Positions 35,435 through 49,455 of a DNA stretch of 64,000 nt are shown here, one piece after another (positions within the stretch are counted from its first letter, which is position 1; each line of letters starts with the position of its first letter). The notes beneath the pieces are model-generated. The model did no database searches, was not told the origin of the DNA, and was given only the letters and a program-made list of their open reading frames with translations. Where the stretch lies: assembly GCA_038087875.1 (NCBI GenBank), contig JAXLNO010000073.1, positions 558,001 to 622,000 on the forward strand. Reading direction: 5' to 3'. The DNA comes from Malacoraja senta (Eukaryota). The position numbers and the translations under genes are program-made.

Positions 35435-36916
35435 GTGAGTAGACACACGGTTATGTCTCTGTGAACATAAATGAGAAGTCAGTGGAACATATCGTGTGTT
35501 ACCCGGGACATTGTTGTATATCTGCTTCTCTCCCACACTCTCTCCTCTTGCAAGATGAAGATTGGATAAGGTTAGACACAAAATGCTGGAGTAACTCAGC
35601 GGGACAGGCAGCATCTCCGGAGAGAAGGAAGGGGTGACATGTCGAGTCGAGACCCTTCTTCAGACCGAGTCAGGGGAGGGGGAGATACAGAGATAAGGAA
35701 GTGCAAGGTGTGAAAAGGAGACAAAGGGGACTCAAAAAATGTAGAATTGATAGCTAGGAGAAGGTGACAACAAATCAAAGATAAAATATAATCGAGGACA
35801 ATCAGACTGGTTGGAGAACAGGGAAAGGGAAAGGGGTTGGGGAGAGAGTGAAAGCAAGGGTTACTTGAAGTTAGAGGTCAATATTCAATATCAGACAAGG
35901 TTATTTGGAGTATTATGTGGGGTTCTGATCACCCCTTTACCGGAAGGATGTGGAGGCTTTGAAGGTTTTACTAGAATGCAGCACGGATTCGAGGTCAGTA
36001 TTAATTTTAAACCAGGGATTGAGAAAGTTCTGTGTAGGAAGCAATTGCAGATGCTGGTGTGAAGCGAAGATAGACAAAAAAAAAGGCTGCAGTAACTCAG
36101 CGAAACAGGCAGCATCTCGGGAGAGAAGAAATGGGTGACAGGCCATTATTAGCTGTTTGTTGGGTGGAAACGAGAAACTGGTGTAACTAGGGAGGGATGG
36201 AGAGAGAGGGAATGCCGGGGTTACTTTAAGTTCGAGAAATCAATATTCATACCACTGGGCTGCAAGCTGCCCAAGCAAAATAATGCTGAGGCTCTATAAG
36301 GCGCTTGTCAAGCCACATTTGGAGGAAACTAACAGTCCCTATACCTCCTAAAATCCCTAAAGTTCTATTTGTTGATGATATTCAGGATTCTCAGGAGTCC
36401 TGAGGGGTATTGAGCACAAGGAGTGGTACATTGGGATGTAGCTGTGCATCTTGTTGGTGAGACCACACTTGGATTAATCTGTGCAGTTCTGGTCACCCAG
36501 CTGTTGGAAGGGTGTCATTAAATTGGAAAGGTTGCAGAAGAGATTCACCTGGACGTTACGTGTGTTTGCAGGTTTGAGTTATTGGAAGTGGTTGGATTGG
36601 TTGACATGTTTTTCTTTGAGGTGTGTGGGGCTAAGGGGGTGACCTTATTGAAGTGACAAGATCATCAATGAACATACGCAGGATTTTTCCCAGAGAGGAG
36701 GATTTTAAAATTAGAGGCCATAGACGTTGTCATCTATTGTGCCTCTATTGAAGAATGACTGCAGGGAAAAGGCTGGGAAGTTCAGGCCAGTGAGCTTAAT
36801 ATCTGTGGTTGGAAAGTTACTGGAGGGTATTCTGAGGGATAGGATATACATGTGTTTAGATGGACAAGGGCTGCATTGGGATGGTCAACATGGTTTTGTA
36901 TGTGGGAGGTTGTGTC

Positions 36917-38082
36917 ATAGATACATAGATACATAGAAAATAGGTGCAGGAGTAGGCCATTCGGCCCTTCGAGCCTGCACCGCCATTCAATATGATCATG
37001 GCTGATCATCCAACTCAGTATCCCGTACCTGCCTTCTCTCCATACCCCCTGATCCCTTTAGCCACAAGGGCCACATCTAACTCCCTCTTAAATATAGCCA
37101 ATGAACTGGCGTCAACTACCCTCTGTGGCAGAGAGTTCCAGAGATTCACCACTCTCTGTGTGAAAAAGTTTTTCCTCATCTCGGTCTTAAAGGATTTCCC
37201 CCTTATCCTTAAGCTGTGACCCCTTGTCCTGGACTTCCCCAACATCGGGAACAATCTTCCTGCATCTAGCCTGTCCAACCCCATAAGAATTTTGTACGTT
37301 TCTATAAGATCCCCTCTCAATCTCCTAAATTCTAGCGAGTATAAGCCAAGTCTATCCAGTCTTTCTTCATATGAAAGTCCTGACATCCCAGGAATCAGTC
37401 TGGTGAACCTTCTCTGCACTCCCTCTATGGCTATAATGTCCTTCCTCAGATTTGGAGACCAAAACTGTACGCAATACTCCAGGTGTGGTCTCACCAAGAC
37501 CCTGTACAACTGCAGTAGAACCTCCCTGCTCCTATACTCAAATCCTCTTGCTATGAAGGCCAACATACCATTCGCTTTCTTCACTGCCTGCTGCACCTGC
37601 ATGCCTACTTTCAATGACTGGTGTACCATGACACCCAGGTCTCGCTGCACCTCCCCATTTCCTAATCGGCCACCATTTAAATAATAGTCTGCCTTCCCGT
37701 TTTTGCCACCAAAGTGGATAACCTCACATTTATCCACATTACACTGCATCTGCCAAACATTTGCCCACTCCCCCAGCCTATCCAAGTCACCTTGCAGTCT
37801 CCTAGCATCCTCCTCACAGCTAACACTGCCCCCCAGCTTAGTGTCATCCGCAAACTTGGAGATGTTGCTTTCAATTCCCTCGTCCAGATCATTAATATAA
37901 ATTGTAAATAGCTGGGGTCCCAGCACTGAGCCTTGCGGTACCCCACTAGTCACTGCCTGCCATTGTGAAAAGGACCCGTTTACTCCTACTCTTTGCTTCC
38001 TGTTTGCCAGCCAGTTCTCTATCCGCATCAATACTGAACCCCCAATACCGTGTGATTTAAGCTTGTATCCTAATCTCTTATG
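36917..38082 (-). mobile_element. Young CR1-type LINE, 5'-truncated
   Basis: Open ORF 37015-38031 (GVPQGSVLGP, KFADD); (catagata)n tail; very similar to 59550-60688. Confidence 0.95.
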
Positions 38083-38366
38083 TCAAAAAAGTTCGAAGAG
38101 GGCAGAGCTGTAGACACATGTATGGATTTCAGCAAGGCATTCAACAAGGTAGGCTGCTCTGGAAGGTTAGCTTGCATGGGATCCAACTAGATCATTATCA
38201 TAAGTGATAGGAGCAGAATTCGGTGATTCGGCCCATCCAGTCTACTCCGCCATTCAATCATGGCTGTTCTGTCTCTCCTAACTCCATTCTCGTGCCTTCT
38301 TCCCATACCCTTTGACAACCATATTAATCAGGAATTTATCTATCTCTGCTTTAAATATATCCACTG

Positions 38367-40857
38367 TAAACACCGATCAGAAAATATTAACTAAAATTTT
38401 AGCCCATAGATTAAGTTTAGTGATTCATAAATTAATACACCCTGACCAAACTGCCTTTATTCCAAAACGCTACGTATTATAATTTGAGACGATTATTTAA
38501 TATTATATACTCAAACAGAATAGCTAATGTAGATTTAGCAGTCATCTCGTTAGATGCTGAGAAAGCATTCGATCAAGTGGAATGGCCCTATTTATTTTCG
38601 GTAATGGAAAAAATTCAATTGGGTGAGAAGTTTTGCACATGGGTTAAGCTTTTATACACTAACCCAACAGCTAGAATAATGACAAATCAAATGCTATCAA
38701 CACAATTTGATTTATCTAAAGGTTGCAGACAAGGATGCCCGTTATCACCTTTATTATTTGCCCTTGCTATCGAACCACTAGCAGAAAGAGTTAGAGCACA
38801 TCCAGAAATATATGGGTATAATACTAAAAATAGTTAATAAAATCTCTCTATACGCAGACGATGTATTATTATATATTACAAATCCAGAAATCAGCATTCC
38901 AAACTTGTTAAATCTTATAACTCAATTTGGTTTATTTTCGGGATATAGAATTAATTGGAATAAAAGTGAGATTATGCCAATAGCGGACCCTAATTCATAT
39001 ATATTGCAACAGTCACCTTTTAGAATAGTTAATGAAAAATTTAAATACCTTGGAATTTATGTGACAAAGAAATATAACTCTCTATTTAAATCAAATTTCA
39101 TGCCTTTACTTAATAAATTGCATAAGAATATTCAATACTGGAAAACACTTCTCATTTCAATGCTCGGTAGAATTAATGCTATAACAATGATTTTCCTTCT
39201 GCAATTGCTATACCTCTTTCAATCAATCCTGATATATCTCCCAAACAAATTATTTTAAAAAGTCGATTCTATTGTGACAAGTTTTATTTGGGATTATAAG
39301 AATCATAGAATAAGCAAAAAACACGTATGTAAACCGAAGACCAAAGGAGGATTAGTTTTACCAAATGTTTTGGGCAGTCATTGTAAAAAATATGAATTTT
39401 TGGTTGGAAGATATCGATCAACAACCAGACTGGTTAAAGATGGAAAAGGAAGATTGTTTACCTTTTGTAATTGGTCCGATTCTGTTAGCTCCCACAAAAC
39501 TGAATTAAAAAATCTATAGTGAAAACCCTATAATATATAGTGGAATTCGAATTTGGAAACAATTAAAAAAGACATTAAAATTGGATAATTTATCATTTTC
39601 TCTCCCCATTGCAAATAATCCTTCATTTAAACCCTCAGTGTTGGATAAAGGTTTTGTACAATGGAAAAATCATGGAATTAAAAAGATGGTACAGCTTTAT
39701 AAAATTGGTATTTTTCATTCGTTTCAGGAACTACAACAGAATTATGGATTACATTAAAATAATTTTTTTAGATACTTACAACTTAAAGATTATGTTAAAT
39801 CACATACACAAGAATACAGAACTAGAGAACCAGAGATTCTAGATGAATGTTTAAATAAACACCCTAATACAGATAAATTAATATCTTATATTTATAATAT
39901 TCTTTTAGACAGTGAGACCGTCGACGGAATTACATAGATTAGCATGGGAAAAGGAATTAGCCCAACCTATAACAAAAGATATTTGGGATGAAAGTTTACA
40001 ACATATACATCAATGCTCATTAAATACCAGACAGTCTTTAATACAATTTAAAGTACTACACAGATTGCATTATTCAAAAACAAAATTAAATAGAATCTTT
40101 CCTAATATCTCTCCTATTTGTGATAAATGCCAATACTCATCGGCTAATTTAACCCATACCTTTGTAAATTGTATAAAAATTAAAAATTATTGGATGGATA
40201 TTTTTTAAATAATCTCTGTAGTTGTTAATACTCAACTGGATCCCGATCCTAAATTAATAATATTGGGCATATCAGAAAAATACCTGAAACTTACAACAAA
40301 CCAAAGAAATTTCCTTGACTACAGTATAATAATTGGGGAAATAATTCATATTGAAAGTTTGGAAAAATCCAGCAACCCCCACAATTAAGATGTGGATTAT
40401 GGAGATGTCGGAGACCTTACATTTGGAAAAAATTAGATATGTCTTAATTGACAAACCAGAATTATTTACTAAAATATGGTCTCCATTTATAGATTATTTG
40501 AAGGGGTAGACTGGGCCGGCGAGGAGGCCTGACTGAAACCTGAACCCAGGACTAGATGAATAGTTATGTTTTCTGACCTATGGACCTATCTCCTAAGTTG
40601 TATTATTGATAGTTTATCTTACTTTTCTAATTTCTTCTCTTTATTTCTTTATTTTTATTATCTATAAATATAAATAAATAATTAGAGGCAACGTTAATAT
40701 GTAACCGATAAAGGAGGACCCCAGCTACTTTGGTAACTGGGTGCCCGGAACCCTGGATACTTAATATGTAATCGTTATACAAAGTTTGTAATGGGTTGGA
40801 CTATGATATGCAGATACCTCTAATAAAAACTTACATTTAAAATATATATATATATAT
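38367..40857 (+). mobile_element. L1-clade LINE, 5'-truncated and decayed, with TSD
   Basis: SLDAEKAFDQVEW, GCRQGCPLSP, LYADD, CDKC...H...C. Ends aataaa...(ta)n. TSD atatatccactg at 38355-38366 and 40858-40869. Inserted into a CR1 3' fragment. Confidence 0.9.
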
Positions 40858-41846
40858 ATATATCCACTGACTTGGCCTACAGCCTCCTGTGGCAGAGACA
40901 GATGAATGGATAAAAAATAGTTACAAAAAGCTGGAGTAACTCAGCGGGGCAGGCAGCATCTCTGGAGAGAAGAAATGGGTGACGTTTCGGGCCGAGAAAA
41001 TCGGCTTCATGGAAGGAAGCAGAGGGTGATGGTGGAGGTTGTTTTTCAGCCTGGCGGCCTGTGACCAGTGGTTTGCCTTAGGGTTCGGTGCTGGGCCCAC
41101 TGCAGTTTGTCACCTGTATCAATGATTTGACTGAGAATGTACATAGCAAGCTTGCAGACGACACAAAAGTGGGTGGCATTGCAGATGGTGAAGATGGTTG
41201 GCAAACATTGCAGCAGGGTCTTGATCAGTTGAGATGCGCTGAGTCATGGTTGATGGCATTTAATCCCAAGAGGATTGGAGAAAGTTACAGAGTCCATGGT
41301 CAAATAGAAACAAGGCTGCAAATTGTAACATCCAGCGATGTTAATTGAAGGAACCAAAGGGATGAGATCTGATTCAAAGCGGGTAGTGTCGGGTGGACAC
41401 GGGTTTATGGAGAATGGGTAAAGTGAGCCAAGAGAATGTTGAGATATGTAGGAAGGAACTGCAGATACTGGTTTAAACCGATGATATACACAAAATGCTG
41501 GTGTAACTCAGCAGGACAGGCAGCATCTTTGGAGAGAGGGAATGGGTGACGCTTTGGGTCCAAACCCTTCTTCAGACTGATGTCAGGGGAGTAGGCGGGA
41601 CAGAGATAGAATGTAGTCGGAGAGTAAGACTGGTGGGAGAACTGGCACGGAGAGAGAGGGAAAGCAAGGGCTATCTGAAGTTGGATAAGTCAATGTTCAT
41701 ACCGCTGGGGTGTAATTGTTTCGGAAGGAACTGCAGATGCTGTTTAAAATCGAAGATAGACATAAAAAGCTGAAGTAACTTAGTGGGACCAACAGCATCC
41801 CAGGACAGAAGGAATGGGTAACGTTCCAGGTCGAGACCGCTCTTGT

Positions 41847-44800
41847 AACCATATAACCATATAACAATTACAGTACGGAAACAGGCCATCTCGGCACTTC
41901 TAGTCCGTGCAGAACACTTACTCTCACCTAGTCCCATCTACCTGCACTCAGACCATAACCCTACATTCCTTTCCCGTCCATATGCTTATCCAATTATTTT
42001 TAAATGATAAAATCGAACCTGCCTCCACCACTTCCACTGAAAGCTCATTCCACACAGCTACCACTCTCTAGGTAAAGAAGTTCCCCCTCATGTTACTTCT
42101 AAATTTTTGTCCCTTAATTCTCAAATCATGTCCTCTTGTTTGAATCTTCCCTACTCTCAATGGAAAAAGCGTATCCACGTCAACTCTGTCTATCCCTCTC
42201 ACAATTTTAAAGACCTCTATCATCCCCCCTTAACCGTCTGCGCTCCAAAGAATAGACCTAAAACTTGTTCAACCTTTCTCTGTAACTTAGGTGCTGAAAC
42301 CCAGGCAACATTCTAGTAATTCTCCTCTGTACTGTCTCTATTTTGTTGACCTTTCCTATAATTTGGCGACCAAAATTGTACACCATACTCCAGAATTGGC
42401 CTCACCAATGCCTTGTACAATTTTAACATTACATCCAACTTCTATACTCAATGCTCTGATTTATAAAGGCCAGCACACCAAAAGCTTTCTTTACCACCCT
42501 ATCTACATGAGATTACACCTTCAGGGAACTATGCACAGTTATTCCTAGATCCCTCTGTTCAACTGCATTCCTCAATTCTCTACCATTTACCATGTACGTC
42601 CTATTTTGATTTGTCCTGCCAACATGTAGCACCTCACACTTATCAGCATTAAACTCCATCTGCCATCTTTCAGCCCACTCTTCCAAATGGCCTAAATCTC
42701 TCAGTAGACTTTGAAAATCTACTTAATTATCCACAACACCACCTATCTTAGTATCATCTGCATACTTACTAATCCAATTTACCACACCATCATACAGATC
42801 ATTGATATATATGACAGACAACAGTGGACCCAACACAGATCCCTGAGGCACCCCACTAGTCACCGGCCTCCAACCTGACAAACAGCCATCCACCATTACT
42901 CTCTGGCATCTCCCATTCAGCCTCTCTTGAATCCATCTTGCTACTCCACTATTCATACCCAACAATTGAACCTTCTTAACCAACCTTCCATGTTGGAACT
43001 TTGTCAAAGGCCTTACTGAAGTCCATATAGACAACATCCACCGCTTTACCCTCATCAATTTCCCTAGTAACCTCTTCAAAAAATTCAAGAAGATTAGTCA
43101 AACATGACCTTCCAGGCACAAATCCATGTTGACTGTTCCTAATCAGACCCTGTTTATCCAGATGATTATATATATTATCTCTAAGTATCCTTTCCATTAA
43201 TTTGCCCACCACTGACATCAAACTAACAGGTCTATATTTGCTACGTTTACTCTTAGAACCCTTTTTAAACAACGGAATAACTTGCGCAGTACGCCAATCC
43301 TCCGGCACCATTCCCGTTTTCTCATGACATTTGAAATATTTCTGTCATTGCCCCTGCTATTTCTACACTAACTACCCTCAATGTCCTAGGGAATAACTTG
43401 TCAGGACCTGGAGACTTATCCACTTTTATATTTTTCGAAAAGTGTCCCTACTTCCTCTTCTTTGATCCTCATAGTTTCCATAGCTACTCTACTTGTTTCC
43501 CTTACCTCACATAATTCAATATCCTTCTCCTTGGTGAATCCGAAGAAAATAAATTGTTCAATATCTCCCCCATCTCTTTTGGCTCTGCAGATAGCTGTCC
43601 ACTCTGACTCTCTAATGGCCCAATTTTATCCCTCGTTATCCTTTTGCTATTAATATAGCTGTAGAAAACCTTTGGATTTACTTTCACCTTACTTGCCAAA
43701 GCAACCTCATATCTTTTAGCTTTTCTAATTTATTTCTTAAGATTCTTTTTACATTCTTTATACTCCTCAAGCACCTCATTTACTCCATGCTGCCTATAAA
43801 TATTGTAGATCTCTCTTTTTCCGAACCAAGTGTCCAATTTTCCTTGAAAACCATGGCTCTTTCCAATTTTTACTCTTTCCTTTCAACCGAACAGGGACAT
43901 AAAGATTCTGTACTCTTCAAATTTTAGCTTTAAATGTCTTCCATTTCTCTTCTACATCCTTCCCATAAAACAAAATGTCCCAATTCACTCCTTTTAAATC
44001 CTTTCGCATCTCCTCAAAGTTAGCCTTTCTCCAATCAAAAATCTCAACCCTTGGTCCAGTTCTGACCTTCTCCATAATTATATTGAAACTAATGGTATTG
44101 TGATCACTGGACCCGAAGTGCTCCCCGACGCATACCTCCGCCACTGGCCTGTCTCATTTCCTAACAGGAGGTCCAGCACTGCCCCTTCTCTAGTAGGTAC
44201 CTCTATGTATTGCTGCAAAACACTATCCTGCACACATTTTACAAACTCCAAACTATCCAGCCCTTTTACAGAATGTGTTTCCCAGTTTATGTGTGGAAAA
44301 TTGAAATCTCCCACAATCACTACCTTGTGCTTACTACTAATATCTGCTATAACCTTACATATTTGCTCTTCCAATTCTCGCTCTCCCCATTAGGCGGTCT
44401 ATAATACACCCCTATAAGTTTTGCTACACCTTTCCCATTTCTCAGTTCCACCCAAATAGGCCTCCCTAGACGAGCCCTCTAATCTATCCTGCCAAAGCAA
44501 GGATATCTTCCCTGACAAGCAATGCAACACCTCCACCTCTTGCCCCTCCTATCACACCTGAAGCAACGAAATCCTGGAATATTTAGTTTCCAATCACAGC
44601 CATCCTGCAGCCATGTTTCACTAATCGCCACAAAATCATACTTCCAGGTGTCAATCCAGGCGCTAAGCTCATCCACCTTTCTTACAATGCTCCTAGCATT
44701 AAAATATACACATTTAAGAAACCCACCACCTCTTATTCTCTGTTTATTATCTTTTTCTTCTTTCTCCCCTACATGTTGGGTCTGAGTGCTTCCCTTCTCT

Positions 44801-45712
44801 GCCTCCTGTCTCACACACTGTCTACTAGCTTTCTCTATTTGAGTCCCTCCCCCAACCGTTCTAGTTTAAAGTCTCCCCAGTAGCCTTTGCAAATCTTCCC
44901 ACCAGGATATTGGTCCCCCTCGGGTTCAAGTGCAACCCGTCCTTTTTGTACAAGTCACACGTTCCCCAAAAGAGGTCCATATGATCCAGAAACTTGAATC
45001 CCTGCCCTCTGCACCAGTCCCTCAGCCACGCATTTATCCTCCACCTCACTCCGTTCCTACTCTCACTGTCGCGTGGCACAGGCAGTAATCCTGAGATTGT
45101 TACCTTTGCGGTCCTTCTCCTTAACTCTCCTCCTAACTCCCTAAATTCTCCTTTCAGGACCTCTTCTCTTTTTTCTACCTATGTCATTGGTACCTATATG
45201 TACCACGACCTCGGGCTCCTCTCCCTCCCATTTCAGGATATCTTGGACACGTTCAGACACATCCCACACCCTGGCACCGGGGAGGCAAACTACCATCCGA
45301 GCCTCCTGACTGCGTCCACAGAATCGCCTATCTGTCCCCCTAACTATAGAGTCCCCTATTACTATTGCCCTCCTCTTCTTTTCCCTACCCTTCTGAGCAA
45401 CAGGGCCGGTCTCTGTACCGGAGGCCCGGCCAATGTCGCTACCCCCAGGTAGGCTGTCCCCCCCAACAGTTCTCAAACAGGAGTACTTATTGCCAAGGTG
45501 TACAGCCACCGGGGTACTCTCTAGTCCCTGCCTCTGCCCCTTGCCCCTCCTAACGGTGACCCACTTGTCTGGCTCCCGTGGTCTTGGAGTGACCTCCTCT
45601 CTATAACTCCTCTCTATGACCTCCTCACTCTCCCTGACCAGACAGAGGTCATCGAGCTGCTGCTCCAGGTTCCTAATACGGTCCCTTGGGAGCCCCATCT
45701 CGACGCACTTGT
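41847..45712 (-). mobile_element. Near full-length decayed CR1 LINE (SGNH-esterase ORF1 + APE/RT ORF2), second subfamily
   Basis: ORF1: IVIGDSIVRG, CLPGARV, VVHIGTND, DGLHLN. ORF2: YFNARSI, ISETWL, GDFNF, SDHN, GVPQGSVLGP, YADD. (taaccata)n tail. Many frameshifts. Confidence 0.92.
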
Positions 45713-46846
45713 TCTTCAGACTGAAAGTCACAGGAAAGGAAAACGAGAGATATAGAAAATGATAGAAGATGATGTAGAGAGAGAGATAAAGAACAATGAA
45801 TGAAAGATATGCAAAAAAGTAAAGATGAAGGAAACAGGCCATTGTTTACTGTTTGGTGGGTGAAAACGAAAAGCTGGTGCAACTTGGGTGGTGGAGGGAT
45901 AGAGAGAGAAAGAGATTGCTGGGGTTAATTGAAGTTAGAGAAATCAATATACATTCCACTGGGCAGTAAGGTGCCCAAACGAAATATGAAATGCTGTTCC
46001 TACAAGTTGTGTTTAGCCTGTTCAGCTTTGGTCGCCCTGCTACAGGAAACATGCCATTAAGCTGGAAATAATGCAGAGAAGATTTTCAAGGATGCTACTA
46101 GGACCTGAGGGACTGAACGATAGAGATAGGTTAGGCAGGCACAAACTTTATTCCTCAGAGCACAGGAGGTTGGAGGGGAGGCGGCGGGGGGGTGATCTTA
46201 TAGAGGTGAGTAAAGATAGGGTAATCGAGAACTAGAAGGTAGAGGGGAATGATTTAATATGAATCTGTGGGGCAACTTTTTCACACAAATGGTGGTTGGT
46301 ATCTGGGAATGAACGGCCGGAGGATGTAGTGGAAGTTGTACAATAACAACATTTGGACAGATACACAGATAGGAAAGGTTCAGAGAGATATGGGCCAAAT
46401 GGGACTTATTTAGATGGGACGTTTTGGTTGGCATGGACGAGTTGGGCCGAATGGCCTGTTTCCGTGCTGTACCAATGCACGACTCTGAAACGATGAAGGG
46501 TTAGGATGGAGTAGATGTGTGCAGAGTGTGGGGGGGACCTCAAAGGGACATGGCTTTGCTCAGAGAGAGGTGAGTGGTGGATCTCACTGCCTTCGGGGCA
46601 GGTTGCGGCCACAGTAGAAGTAGATTTAGAGGGAGGGAGGACATTCTGATAGATGAGGATAGTAGGGTCAACGGGACAAGATGGGCTGAATGGCCTGTTT
46701 CCGTTCAGTAATTCCAGTGTAATCCAATGGAGTGGTGCGTGCTGGAGAATATCTTTTGCTGCTCGGTCTGGGCTGGAGTTGGGGTTAAGTTGTGGTGTCT
46801 GTTTCTCAGAGCTGGGCTCTCACTGACTCCTTTCTCCACCCCTCAG

Positions 46847-46956
46847 TACGTGGCTCGGAAAGGTCTTGGAAATGCATCGCGGCCTTGATCGTTCTTGCCG
46901 TCGTCTTTGCTGTCGTTACTGTAATCGTCTGGGCAGCGCATTGTCGCAACAAATGA
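46847..46956 (+). CDS. Siglec-like gene, transmembrane exon ending in a stop
   Basis: tttctccacccctcag acceptor; in phase with Ig exon 3; (L)RGSERSWKCIAALIVLAVVFAVVTVIVWAAHCRNK*; TGA 46954-46956, then G|GT donor at 46958. Confidence 0.75.
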
Positions 46957-48566
46957 GGTGCGAGATGATCTGGAAGCTGTCCGAATGTCTTCACTGCCAT
47001 TTACTCACGAGAACGAGAGAGAGGGGAGGTACACACTGCGCCAGCCTGAAATCAGGGCCCTCTCCAACACATAACCACCACCCCCCCCCCCCTCCCCACC
47101 GCTACCACCGTGTTTGGGAGAGAGGCAGGGCAGACTGCCCACGTATCCTGGAGCTGATATTTATACCTCATCCGCATCAGAAAAAACTACATAATCTGGG
47201 AACAATCTCAGTGCTGTTCCCAATCCCATTCCTCACTGTCCCCACTCCCCATGGACACAAAGCCATCCCCATTCCCTCTCACTGTCCATACTCCCAATTG
47301 ACCCATCTCCTCCCCATTCCCTCCCACCATGGAGCAAAACTCTCTCCCATTCCCCACACTTCATATGTACAATCTCCTCCCCACTCTCTCCCCATGGATC
47401 CAACTCGTTCCCACATGTGACAATAAACTAAAAAGTAACTAAACTCTCCCCCATCCCAGCGTCGGGCAACAACCACTCCCCCCCCCACACACTCCTGCCC
47501 ACTGAACCTTTGCCTCCCAAAATCACCAACCCTACCCCCTGTCAACGACTCTGCCCCAGGAAACTGACCCCCCCCCCTCACCCTCAGCACATTGAATCCG
47601 TACGTCATATCCCGCTCTGCCCACTGAGACTGGCCCCACGATGTTCCTACGTGATGGGAGTAGAATTAGCCCATTTGGCCCATCTAGTCCACTCCACCGT
47701 TCAATCATGGCTGATGTATCTCTCCCTCTTAACCCCATTCTCCTGCCTTATCCCCATAACCCCTGACATCCAAAATAATCACGAATCTATCAATCTCTGA
47801 CTTAAAAAAATCCACTGACACGGCCTCCACAACCGCCTGTGGTAATGAATCCCGCAGATTCACCACCCTCTGATGAAAGAAATTCCGCCTCATCTCCTTC
47901 CTGAAGGAACATCCTATAATGCTGAGGCTGTGGCCTCAGGTCCCCCAACTAGTAGAAACATCCTCGGACTGCACCTTCCCGCTCCTATTCCACGTACTCA
48001 ACATCACCGACCCTGTCCCTGCCCCACTCCCCAACGGCTAGAACCTTATCCTGTGCCTTCCAAACCCCAACATTCACTCCCCTGTACCCCCCCCCCCGGG
48101 CTCAGTGAAAGTCCCTCCACCCCCAGACTCTGTTATCCCTCCCCTTCGGTCCCTACACCCCTCCCAGTCTGTTTAACCTCCTCCCCTCCAGCCCCTACAC
48201 CACCCCCCCTATTTCTGTAACCCCCTTCCCTCACTATCTCTGCAACGACCTCCCTCCCCTCCAGCCCCTTCCTGTGACCGGTGTTTCTTGGAGAGGGTCC
48301 AGAGGAGGTTTACAAGGATCATCCCAGGAATGAGTGGGTTAGCATGTGATGAGTGCTTGACAGAGGGTTGTGGAGGCCAAGTCAGTGGATATTTTGAAGA
48401 CAGAAATAGATAAATTCTTGATTAGAACGGGTGTAAAGGGTTATGTGGAGAAAGCAGGAAAATAGGGCTAGGAGGCAGTGATCAGCCATGATTGAATGGC
48501 GGAGTAGACTATTTGGGCAAATGGCCTAAATCTACTCCTATAACTTGTGAATTTCTTTCCTCACAG

Positions 48567-48623
48567 GAGCTGCATCTCGGCGACCAGGATCTGTACAGCG
48601 AGGTCAAGCCCAGATACAAATGA
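48567..48623 (+). other. Candidate cytoplasmic-tail exon (ELHLGDQDLYSEVKPRYK*) with YSEV motif; non-coding in the visible gene model
   Basis: tttctttcctcacag acceptor; YSEV resembles the Siglec ITIM-like TEYSE(V/I) motif. Confidence 0.55.
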
Positions 48624-49064
48624 GCCTCTGCTCAAACCCTTTCTGTGCGCACCCTCCCCCTGCCCACTTTCTCTGACGTTTCTCTCTGCCCATCTCTCTC
48701 TTTCCTTACTCTCTATAATCAATCTTCCTCCCATCGACCATCTACACACCACGCTGCCAGCAGCATAATCAAGGACCAGTCTCACCCCGGCCACTCCCTC
48801 TTCTCCCCTCTCCCAATGGGTAAGAAATACAGAAGTGTGAAAACGAACGCACACCTCCAGATTCAGGGAGAGTTTCTTCCCGGCTGTTATCAGGCAACTG
48901 AACCATCCTACCACAACTAGAGAGCAGTCCTGAACTACTATCTACCTAACTGGTGACCCTAGGACTTTGCTGGCTTTACCTGGCACTAAACGTTATTTCC
49001 TTATCATATATCTATACACACAACATTCACCGTACCTCGGTACACGTGTCAATAAACTAAACCA

Positions 49065-49455
49065 TCTCCACTGCCTCCATTCTCCTTGTATTCTCTCACC
49101 TACTGATTTTTTATGTACTGTCCCCCTCCCTGCACACATCTCTCCCCCTCCCTGCACGCACTCCCTCTGTATCCTCTCCCTCGCCCTCCATCTTTCCCCC
49201 TCCATCCTCTCTCCCTCCCTGCATCCTCTCTCCCCCACCCTTTATCCCTCCCCTCCATCCCCTCTCCCTACATCCTTTCTCCCTCCCTGCATCCTCTCTC
49301 TCCCCTTCCCTATCTCTCCCCTTCTACGCCCACTCTCTCTCCTCCCAATCATTTCTCCCACTCCTTCCTTTCCCTCTCCTTCAAGCCTCTCTCTCCCTCC
49401 CTCCTCCTCTCTCCCCCTCCCTCCTCCTCTCTGCCCTCTCCCTCCCCTCTCTGCT
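49065..49455. repeat. CT-rich low-complexity tract
   Basis: Directly visible. Confidence 0.85.

Noticed and set aside
46860..46940. Siglec-15-like DAP12-coupling lysine in the TM segment
   Set aside because: The Lys (SWKC) is at the extracellular edge; the hydrophobic core has no charged residue.
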